The notes under the pieces were generated by a model that was not told where the DNA came from, did not search any database, and worked only from the letters and a program-made list of their open reading frames with translations. The position numbers and the translations under genes were made by a program. This document shows positions 53,601 to 64,000 of a DNA stretch of 64,000 nucleotides, piece by piece. Position 1 is the first letter of the stretch. The number at the start of each line of letters is the position of its first letter. The stretch comes from Schmidtea polychroa (taxonomy: Eukaryota): positions 170,488,312 to 170,552,311 of the forward strand of contig CM097886.1 in NCBI GenBank assembly GCA_044892525.1. The letters run 5' to 3'.

Positions 53601-56600
53601 TATGGTTATTCAGTGCGTTATTATGAACACCCGATCGCTTATTCAATTTTAAAATATTCTAGGTCCAAACTTGGACAATGAAAAAAATAATATAAGCTTT
53701 CTTTGGATTCTCTTTATTCATTTTCTTTTGGGTGAAACTGCTTAACTCTTTCAACAGTTGCTCTAAGTTCCTTTCTCTTTCTGGAGTTCTTCTTCTAACG
53801 TCTTCTGATTATTTTTTGTAATTTTCTTTTTCCTTAATTTGTTTTATTTTCCTTCAAAGTTTTTTTCTGCTTGTCCGTTTATTCACTCGTTTTTTCTTAT
53901 TTGTCTAGGCGTTATTGAGACTTTATTTGTTTTTTTGTGTTTTTGAGCTTTCTAATCAATGATTTTTTTGTTTTATTTGGTGCTTTCTGTATTTTCATTT
54001 TCTTGTGTTTTTAATTCCAATTCTTATTTTATTTGTTTTTTTCACTTTTTATTAAAATTTTTATTCTGCTTTTTCTCCATATGTTTTTCTTGTGCTTTTC
54101 CTAATTATTTTATCTATTATTTATATTTTCTGCTCTTCTTCTGTGTTGTTTTATCGGTTTATTTAAACAATTTATTTATTTCTCAGTTATTACCTACGCA
54201 TATTAATAAATGAAATATTAGCACTATTAATTAATAAACCTTGAAATTTAATTATAATTTATAATAAAATTGTTGATAAAAAGTAATATTTAAGAGCTTG
54301 AATATTTAAAATTTACTTTAAATAAAAAAATTACTTGAAAGCCATTTCTAAAATGGCTAACATAGTTAATCATAAATCAACTATTTCACCAGAAATACAT
54401 AATGATTATAAACTGAATACACCCAATTCCGAAATTTAGTAACCTCTATAATTCACTTTGGTGTGCACACCAGTTGAGGCGAGTCACCATTTACGTGAAA
54501 ATGAAGTTACTCAATTTCAATTATTCAATTCAATTTTTTAAAAATGATTTCAGGTAATTTTTTTAATTTCAGGTAACTTTAAGACTTTAATTTTGATTTT
54601 ATATAATTATGAGATCATTATTCAAGTTCTTTAATATTACTGTTAGCCAGCATTTATAATATAACATATTGATAATTAAATTTCAGGTGTTTTTTTAGGA
54701 ATTTTGACATTTTGAATTTATTTGGAATTATTTCAATAAAATGTAAGTTAGATATATTTTTGATTATAAATAAATTAACTAATCACCGAAGACATTTATT
54801 TTTTTAATACAATTAGGAAAGAAGGAAAGGCTGAATTTTATAATTTTTATAATGAAATTTTATAATGAAATAATTTATTTAAATTTACGAATTGTGAATT
54901 TCTTTCTGCAAATTCTAATGTTTTGTAATTTAATGAATAAATCTTACATTGTCAGATTTCCACCTTCGCGAAAAGGCAATGTATCCTGAGAAATATCTGT
55001 AAATCTAAAGAGTTTATATTTTAAATTATTTTATAATTGAATTTTACGATGTATTTTCTTCTTTTTCTCTGAAGCTCAAGGTAGAGCTGTCGGATTCTAA
55101 ATTAAAAGTATTTTCCTACAAAACTTTTTAATAATTTCAAAATAATTATATTTTAACAATATGTTAACAATATGTTAATGGTTATTTATTTCGGAACAAA
55201 AAAAGCTATAATAAGTTTGCATGCATTTTTCTTTATGTGTTTTGTGTTGGTGTGTTCAATTATTTTTCTCTCACCTTCAGAAATCCTATAATAAAGTTAT
55301 TAAATTTCGGAACAATAAATTTCTACACACAGGTAAGTTTGTGTGTTCCTATACTATAAATTTATTGATTTTTTGTAGATTATAGAAGTTACTAAATTTC
55401 GGAATTAGGTGTACACTCCATCACAAATAATGACGCATCTATAAGTGGTTGTACACACCAACCCAATAGACGAGAAACCCTATATAGATTACACACAGTG
55501 GCGTGGCGTAGCGGGGGTGGCGACTGAAAAATTTCACAATAAATAATAGTTTGTAATTTGAATTAAGAATTAAAACCATTTAAACCACTGAACTTTTTAA
55601 CTTATGACGGAACCGGGGAATTCCCTGTGGGGACTGAAAACACCCTCGTACTAACCAGTTACCTTTCGGTAATTCTCCGTGTTTTATTTCTATACTCAGA
55701 TTGTTCACGATGAATATCCAGCGAGAATTAATTACTTCCTATCAAGAATAGAGTTCAGTTTATCAATTGACTCAATTTACTTGCGACTATTTATGATTTT
55801 CTTTAAATGCATGTTGTGATTTTAAATTATTTAAGTTTGTCGAAAAATTTTTTGTAAACTATATTTTGATGGTTTACAGTAGTTAGGTAATTTACATGTC
55901 TATTACTGTCTATTACGTTGCCCAAACTTTACTTAATTAAAGTAAAGAAATCAAAGAGTAAATTTTAGTAAGTACTAAGTTCTTTTAGTATATTACTTAT
56001 TTTGTATTTTTTTGCAATAACAAGTTTTTTCTACTTTTATGTGAAACGATGATTTTTTTTTATTTGACACATTGATTTAATTATTTGATACGTTGATTTA
56101 TTTAAATGACACGATGATTAAATTACGTGAAAGACCTTATATTATATTGTCTTGCCTTAGCATAAAAAAATAAAAGAATAAAAGAAAGCAGAGATGCTTA
56201 CCATAAAGAAAGAAGAACACATTAGAAGAAATGAGGGAGCTATACTTAGATGACATATTTTACGTTGGGCTTAGATTCATCAGAGGCGAACGCACATTGA
56301 CTAACGGCGAAAAGATTTTACGTGCTTCGATGGCTTATTTTTCTCCCAAAGCGTAATTATTTTGCTTTCGCTGTCGCTTGTTTGAGAATGTAACAACATA
56401 GAATAAATAAAAATTTTACTCGTCTGATGGATTTAATACTTGGTGAAACTGAATCCTGAGGTTTCAAGTCACGAATCATGTGCAATTACAAATGAAAGGA
56501 GTTAAAGAATAGACTTCAAAAAGGATAGACTAGTGACAAGAAAAAGCAAAATCTCGTGGCAAAGAAAACAAAAATAGGCAAGAAATTCTTATAAGAATGT

Positions 56601-59600
56601 TTGATATTATAAGATTCCTTACGAAACAAAAATTGGTCTTAGATAAAACTATGCCAGCGCTAATAGAGACTGTGTATTTAATCGTAAAATACGATCCTGT
56701 ACTTCGTTAATANNNNNNNNNNNNNNNNNNNNNNNNNNNNNNNNNNNNNNNNNNNNNNNNNNNNNNNNNNNNNNNNNNNNNNNNNNNNNNNNNNNNNNNN
56801 NNNNNNNNNNNNNNNNNNNNNNNNNNNNNNNNNNNNNNNNNNNNNNNNNNNNNATTTTATTAACAAACTGCACTATATTATTTTCAAACATTACTTTATT
56901 ATTTAATGAGCACTATATTATTATTCTCTTTTTTACTAAAATAATTCAAATCAAAACTTTTTTTATTCAAAAATTTACTTTATAAATCATTTATCACTTA
57001 AATAATTATTGATCTGAACTAAAATTATTTTTGACTGAAACTCAAATAGCAAGAGCATCATGTCATGTTAATTTTTGCATATGTCAGTGTTTTCGTGGCT
57101 TCTCTTTATTTCCTTCTCTCTTATAACTTCGATGTTGGCTTCTGTATTTTTAAATATGAAAAAGTAACAACTAGTTACTCGACGGAAGCTCTTCTTGTCA
57201 TTTTGTTTTACAGTTAGTGTGGATTTACCATTTTCTATAAATAAGCTGTGTTCTCTAAAAAAACTAATAAATTAAAATCCATTTCATTGATTTAACTTGT
57301 TTTTTACCATTACTATTTTACATTTCTGTTGGATACCGTACTAAAATGTCGATAAATGACGAAGAAAATTTCGACATAAATTTCGATGATTATATTAATT
57401 TTGAAGGTGGAGACGAGGATAACGACAATGAAAATGATAACAGCGAAAACGAGCGTGATAATGGGAATACGACGAAGCCGAAGATGACGAAGAAAAGGAA
57501 CCACCTAATAAAAGAAGTCGTGGCGAAAACCGACAACATGACTTAGTCGAAATTTATGACACAAAGCAGGAAGTGATTGAGTCACAGAAAATTCACGAGA
57601 GCCTAAAACAATTTAAGTGGTCAAAGACCCACTTTGGCAGCAGCAGCACTAGCGGTAGATCCTACTGAATTCAAAAAAGCTTAAAAACTTATTTAACTTG
57701 TTAAGTTAATAACGAATTGTCTTCGCATTTAATACAATATTCGTTTTGCATTTTTTTATTTTATTTCTTATCAACAATATATACTGTATAAACATGCTAT
57801 ATTTGTATTTTTTTGGTAAATTAATTGTGAATTGAATAACATATTTGTAATTTATAATAATTAAAAGAAAATTTAATTAAATAATTATTTAAAAGTACTA
57901 GATTATTTTTTAATTTAATTTTAATTTTAAAAAAGATTATTTTAGTGCATGTATAAGATATTTATAGTGTCACAATGCTATTTATAGTGCATACCTGATT
58001 AATATAGTGTATTTAAATATTATAGTGAAACTTGTGATTAATTATAGTGCAGAATGTCTTTGATGCTAATAAAAAGGTTAAAATATTAATATTACGAATA
58101 TTACGAGTTCGACTATGATTACAATTTATTGTGAAAGCCAAGATGGAAGATACTCTGCCCAATATTCGAATAATACTCTGAATATTCTTCACAATTACCT
58201 GTAAGAGAAACTTTTTAAAATTGAAGTTGATCAAAAATTATTTAAAATCAACAATAAATACATCGAGGCTAACCAGCCAATAAGTATATATATCGTACTT
58301 ATAGACGGATAGAAAAATTCACTGTTGGAAGAAAAATAAATACCTGCACACAAGCACGGTTCACAAAATCTACATAATAAAAATTACATACAAATGGACA
58401 TTAATTAAACTCCAGGACATTAAACAAACCCCAAATTTTTAATTTTAAAACTACTAAATATGAATACTTTTAAGGAAATTTCTGATGCTAACCAATTTTT
58501 AAACTCCACCTAGACTTTATTTAGTAAAATTGAAAATGTAGAAAGGATAAAAAGTTTTCTCAGCTCATAAATTTAGAAGAATGAGTTTCAATAATAGATT
58601 TTCTGCAATACGCCAATCAATAAATATAGAACTCCAAAAACCAGATTAAAGTAATTTGAGAAGTGAATATCATCACATTAAAAGGTTCTGTCCTAAATGT
58701 ATGATGAAACAAGGCATTTTAGGAGAAATGTTAAGTTTTTGTTCATATTAAAGTAAATATATTAAAGCATCTTTTACCTTTTTTATCATAAAATCTAAAA
58801 ATTATATAAAAATATATAAAAATATTTATATTAAATAAAAAAGAAAGTAAATCATTTAATTATATAGAATTTAACATTGAAAATAACTATTAATATTAAA
58901 ATTAACACAAAGGCTGGATTTTATTTAATGTCCAATTAGCCATAATCAATTGCGCTTTGGTGTATATCACTAGGTGGAACGTGTAAGACATTTTGTAACA
59001 AATGTGTTTATTATATATAAAACATTCATATATGACTTCTTTATTTGTACCCTGTACAAGACTTTATAACAAATATTTATTCTTGCCAAAAAGTTCTTTA
59101 GAATTTCGGTAAATTTTGGAGTCTCTTGGATTTAAATACTAAAATAAATGGCCGCTGAAACTCACGCTACGCCACTGAACACACACTTACAAAAATCTAA
59201 AAAGAATAAGATAATACAGAAATAAAAACTTTTAGAATGTATTAATAATAAAAAACAAATTACTTGTGAATTTGACAGCAAATGTATTTTTTATTTATCC
59301 ATCATGTCTTATAATATCTGTATTCATGTTTAGTTTTCTTATCCATCGCTGCGTTGTACATGGATGTAACAGGATTCCATTATTCACAGCTACCCCTTGG
59401 ATCTTGTTCTATAGTTATGTGTCCGGGACAGAATACGTTTATTAACTGTATCATATGGATCTATTGCATTGAATTATTTGACCTCTGCCTGTTCGTCTTC
59501 AATTGCTTGAGAATAGTTACAATTCTATTAGAGAAAAGAAAAAAACTTGTAATATATAGTAAATATTTGGAAATGAATTAAAAGAATTAAGATGATGGAC

Positions 59601-59873
59601 TCAGAAATTATAGTAATCACGAGCAGTACGGAGTACCAATTCATTCCCGATGCAAAGCACTTACTGGCGTATATAGGTTGCGTCATGATGATTGCGAAAT
59701 CTATGGAAGTTATAAGAATAATATCAGTTTCATGCATGTATGTTGAAATGACTGGGTTGACAGCATGGAGGCTGGGACTATTTAATGTACTTATGCTGTT
59801 AATTCAAGTCAGTTTATACATTTATTTTATAATTCATTTATCCAATTATTGTGAATATCCTCTAATCTTTTAA
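50643..59873 (+). CDS. Divergent 7-TM rhodopsin-like (peptide/chemoreceptor-type) GPCR
   Basis: Exons 50643-51111, 59334-59548, 59592-59873 joined in phase by GT-AG introns of 8222 nt and 43 nt; 321 aa with seven hydrophobic segments. TM1 YVPATCICSSIVG and TM3 NSFLIWLMVF..SR are loosely peptide-GPCR-like. The large intron spans two N gaps. Confidence 0.65.
51305..52162 (-). mobile_element. Gypsy solo LTR (family 1 subfamily) in the GPCR intron
   Basis: Minus strand TGTTGGGGATACCTAAAT...GAGTCAGA...ACCCAACA; TSD ATTA/ATTA; related to 61150-62181. Confidence 0.88.
52950..53950 (-). mobile_element. Heavily decayed gag/protease-like retroelement internal sequence
   Basis: A-rich minus strand with WDLILVVKW...NIDY, resembling the retropepsin DxILGxDW...IDY segment; many stops. 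Confidence 0.3.
54420..55411 (+). mobile_element. Complete Tc1/mariner-type non-autonomous element
   Basis: 33-bp TIRs CACCCAATTCCGAAATTTAGTAACCTCTATAAT (2 mismatches) with TA TSD; it interrupts a repeat whose uninterrupted form is at about 4150-4325. Confidence 0.92.
55496..59177 (+). mobile_element. 3.7-kb hAT-derived composite element
   Basis: TIRs CAGTGGCGTGGCGT / ACGCTACGCCACTG; flanks ATTACACA / AACACACA (6/8); dimerisation-domain remnant PNIRIIL...LKLKLIKNYLKST at about 58150-58280; nested repeat at 58355-58950. Confidence 0.7.
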
Positions 59874-60396
59874 TAGAGTAGTTCTTAACCTTTTAGTAGT
59901 CCCTGCTCCTCCAAAAACCATAAATTTAGGTATCATATGTTATAGAGGTGTGTAAATAGGAATGTAAAAATGAGGCTGAAATTTCATTTTCTTCTATTTT
60001 ATTGACATTTTGTGTATTGGAGCTATGAATAATGTTCTTTCAATCAAGATTTCAAATCCACCAATATTTTCAATTTGCAAAACTTGACATCACAGCAATC
60101 TATGTAAATGTATATGTAGGATTGGAACGAAGACTTTATCCAATAGAAAATAACATTTATTTAACCAATAAAGAAGTAGTAGGATGTGAGCCCGTCAAAT
60201 ACAAAGAGACGGTTATTGCTACTACGTAATGTTGAATAATAATTGACCGATTACGTTGTGCTAACTGACTATATATGACTATATATTTTATATATCTGGT
60301 TTAATGATGCCTGAAATGAAATAGAAAAAATCTTGTCGCGAATTTTGTAAGCTAAAACCCCAATGTGAAACAGAAGCAAAAAATCAAAATGAAATA

Positions 60397-60774
60397 ATGA
60401 AATCTCATTATTGTATAAAAATATTTCTAACAATGACGGTATCAATTGCGTCGGGGGAAAGTTCATTCAGCAAGTTGAAATTAATTAAAAATTACTTATG
60501 TTCCTCTATGAGTCAAGAAAGGGTATCTGGTCTAGCAATATTATCTATAGAAAGGGAAAAAGTAAAAAAATTAATTATGATGATATTATTGATAAGTTTG
60601 TTGCAAAAATAAAATTCTAAGTGCACTTGGCGATTACATTTTTTATTTTAATAAATCAAAAAAATTGTTAATTATGCCTTTTTGCTATTTCTCTGAATTC
60701 TAAAAGAATATTACTAAATGGGGCGCTAAAAAAATTTTCTTGTCATGGTGCCACAAACGGTTAGGCCGGCTCTG
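60397..60774 (+). mobile_element. hAT (Tip100/ZMYM1-like) dimerisation-domain remnant with right end
   Basis: KIFLTMTVSIASGESSFSKLKLIKNYLCSSMSQERVSGLAILSIERE; terminal TAGGCCGGCTCTG. Confidence 0.85.
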
Positions 60775-61149
60775 CATGTAATAATATACACTGGCGGATA
60801 ATACGGGTTAAGCATTAATTAAAGTAATTTTTTAAAATTTGTTTTATAACTCTTGTTTTAAATTTTAGAAACGTAATTTTTAAAAAACAAAAAAAAAATT
60901 TTTAAATTTTTTTCTGTAATTTTATTTTCTCAGAAAATAAAACATTTTGATGTTTTATTTCTTACTGACAGCTGAAATGTTTTTTTACAAGGTTATTTTT
61001 ATCTTTCGCATTTTTATTTATATTTTCTATGTACGGCATTTGTCGCTAGATAACACTGTTGCGTTACATTCAGGCTACACCTTTATCTCATGGCTTTTGT
61101 TGTCCGTGCCGATAACGAAAGTTTTGTGCATTTTGGCGATAAATAATAT

Positions 61150-62181
61150 TGTTGAGGATACCTAAATAACAATTTAGAAATAAATAAATAAAATTACCTG
61201 GGGGAAGATCGTCATGACAAACGGGACGATCTATTGGAACTCAGAAAAGAAAGCGGAAGCAAAAAGAAATGAGAAATGAGGAAGAGGAAGGAAACAAAAG
61301 GAATCAAACATGAAAATAAAAACCAAGGTCAGTACTAATTAATTAGTACAAAAAGGAAAAGGAATTTTGAAATCGGGGAAAAAGGAAAACAACAATATCC
61401 TTATCTCGACAGCTTGCCAGTGATAATAGAATTGCTGGGAGAAGGCGGTTAAACAAAAAAGGGAAAAGGAAAATATTTCGACATCTGTCAGAGATACGGC
61501 TGACATAGCGGGGAACGCAGAAGAAAATAGAAATGGGAAAACTGGATCTGTCGCCAGTGCCATAAATTAAATAACTATATAAAGGAAAACTGGTGGACAC
61601 GAAATCAGAACAAAATTTTAGAACAAAATTAGAGACAAAAGTGACGCGAAATTGAAACAATTTGAAAGACATTTTAGGAGATAATTTGAGAAACGATTTG
61701 GAGAGACAGTTTGAGATAAAATTATTGGGGAAAAATTAGACAACGTAGGACGAAACGTTGTTGGAGAAACGATTGTGGAAAAGAATTTTAAAGAAAATAA
61801 TTGTGAAGAATAATTGTTGGAGAAGATTTGAATAAAAGAATCAGTTGAAAAATAAAACGAAAAGAAGTTATTTGAGTAGTTGAATAAAGTTGTGAAGACG
61901 GTCAAAGAAAACAACCAACTCAAAGTCCCAGTTGATAAACCAATCAGTAATTTGTGATCCTTTAACCCGGTGTTATACGCAAATGCTATTCCTCACCGAG
62001 TGTTGTAATAAGCATTGTATAGTCACCAAGCAGAGTGTTGAATTGATTGTCAGTGTAAAGAGAAAGTTTATTTGTGATTATCAATATAGATTTCTGTTGT
62101 CAAGTGTTATTTATGAATCGGTCAAAGATACGCTTGGAGTCAGAGTAACATTAAATTTATCACCAACTCAATAACCCAACA
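61150..62181 (+). mobile_element. Gypsy solo LTR (family 1 subfamily)
   Basis: TGTTGAGGATACCTAAAT...GGAGTCAGAGTAAC...AACCCAACA; TSD ATAT/ATAT. Confidence 0.85.
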
Positions 62182-62841
62182 ATATTATTAATATATTATT
62201 AATATTATTTATTAATATTATTAATATTATTTATTGCTTTTTATTTTATTAAATATTTTTTCAAAAAATGTATAAAATATTTTTGAACATTATTATTGTT
62301 TACTCTCCAATAACGAAATAAAATTAAACAGCAACGCTCATAAATTGGATAAATTATAGTGAAAACTAATTTTGTTTAACTAAGGTAATATAAATATTAT
62401 TTTAAAATTTAAATTATACTCGAATACTATTTAGTGGTAAAAGCAAAATTTTACCGTTATAGTCAGCAAACAATGAAAGATATCAAAGCGGCGCGGAAGA
62501 AAATTAAGAAACAGCTTAAAATTGATGAAAGCTAAAGAAAGCCTATAGTAAACTGCTCGGGTGTACATAAATAAATACATAAAATCATACAACAAGTTTG
62601 CAGATAAAAATTACGAAGGATGTTATAATTGTGGAATCGAAGACAACAGAAGTGTTGAGTAATTGGGGAAAAGTCTTCATTAAAGATAGATAGGCATGTA
62701 AGGGTTATAATAATTTTGTGTACGGGAAAGAATTGCTGCGGCCGTTGACCGAGGTTTGACCATTGAGATTAAACAACGTAGTTGATCAATTAGCAGTGAT
62801 CAAAAAAGACTGAGGGAAATGTTTCGCCTGATCCAGTTTAA

Positions 62842-63105
62842 CCACTTCCGCTATATTGACGTGCCAGGCACGTCTTGATGATTTTTTTCAGAACTGCAAG
62901 TGACGTGTATACCACGTCGATAGTATTTGTCGCAAAAACAAAAACGACGTGTTTGCAACGTTGTTGTTGTGAATAATTATTTATATTCGTGTAAATCTTT
63001 TATGTAAGACCCTACCCTCGCGCTAAGCACTGGTCAAACCTCTGAGCTCGCTGACGCGGTGAGGCGATACCTCAGCTACCGAAAATTAAATCATAGCGCA
63101 AGTGG
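62842..63105. mobile_element. piggyBac-type MITE
   Basis: TTAA on both sides; TIRs CCACTTCCGCTAT / rc CCACTTGCGCTAT (12/13). Confidence 0.88.
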
Positions 63106-64000
63106 TTAACCAGATTTTGTGTTTGCGTGTTGTTATAAGGCACTAGCTTACCTACCCTTTACCTTTCACTGACAGTGTGCTGGACCAACACGACGGTCGT
63201 CATGGGCAACTGATCAGAGTTTTTATTTCAAAATCATGTGCGTTGGAACAATGAGACCGCAACCTACTACCAACTTACTTAGTACTTACCGAACGTCAAC
63301 ATTAGTGTTTACCTTATTAGTGGGCCTAGTTTCCTTCAATTTTCAAATGGTTCAATTACGAATTTATATTATGGTCATTTATTTCAGGGTACCATTAAGA
63401 CAAAGGTATTATGTTTGAGTGTATTTTTATCTTGCACTATTTCCCCTCCCCTCTTTTAACACCAATCTATTTTACAGCTACAATATCTCTTTAAACTTAA
63501 TATTTTCATTTAATTGAGAATTTTTTGTTTTGATTCAAAATAAATGCTTTAATCTATTCGTCTACGAAAGAAGTTATTTGTTTTAATAATGATGCTTGAT
63601 ATAATATTGAGAGATGTTATTATTTTGATTACATCTGTGCATTTTTATACCTATTTTTCAAAACTATTTCTATCGTTCTATACTACCATAACACTCTATA
63701 ATTTATATGTTGAAAATATAAATATTATTTATAGGCATTGCTTGAAATTGCGCAACCGGTCATAACTTATGCTTGTGTGAGGACCTTCATCAATATGGAG
63801 TCCAGCTTGTTTCGCTGTCTCCAACCAAAAAAGAATGAGGCCATCTGAAACAAATTTTAACAATACCTTTGACTTTGTTAATATATATACTGATTTTCGA
63901 GATTTCAAAAAAGATTTTTATAAAGGAAAATTAGAAAACTACATTTCATATGTTAGATGTTGCTAGAACATTTTCTAAATTTTTTTCATTTGATAAATTT

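Noticed and set aside
53307-54213. Phe/Leu-rich membrane-like ORFs (also 28445-28627, 61339-61923)
   Set aside because: They come from the T-rich strand opposite A-rich LTR or retroelement DNA.
57346-57546. Acidic 66-aa ORF as a host gene
   Set aside because: Lies inside a hAT-bounded composite element, is low-complexity, and is followed by stops; more likely a transposase N-terminal remnant.

Overview
Very AT-rich eukaryotic (metazoan-type) draft scaffold with seven N gaps (about 6.8, 13.1, 39.9, 46.5, 49.7, 52.6 and 56.8 kb). No prokaryotic features, rRNA, tRNA or CRISPR were seen. I reconstructed five spliced host genes by hand, all on the + strand: the 3' part of an A1CF/RBM46/RBM47-family RNA-binding protein (1.4-3.0 kb), a complete cytosolic IDH1 (10 exons, 414 aa, ends in AKL), RPF1 (2 exons, 298 aa), a divergent MKK3/6-like MAP2K (4 exons, 321 aa) and a very divergent 7-TM GPCR-like protein (3 exons, 321 aa). 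Most introns are 40-52 nt; a few are 1.4-8.9 kb and filled with transposons. The short introns and divergent proteins resemble reduced parasitic animal genomes, but that is inference only. The rest is a dense transposon graveyard: Ty3/gypsy solo LTRs with 4-bp TSDs, a truncated gypsy element with a tRNA-Trp PBS and intact gag, hAT, Tc1/mariner, piggyBac, Ginger-like and Helitron remnants. Two observations stand out. First, a 3.9-kb TGTTGG...CCAACA element with a 4-bp TSD carries an unknown basic protein that is conserved at protein level in a second, diverged copy, followed by conserved structured non-coding motifs. Second, an 85-bp exon-intron inverted repeat encloses a perfect splice donor inside the A1CF/RBM47-like gene, a possible dsRNA-controlled poison exon.
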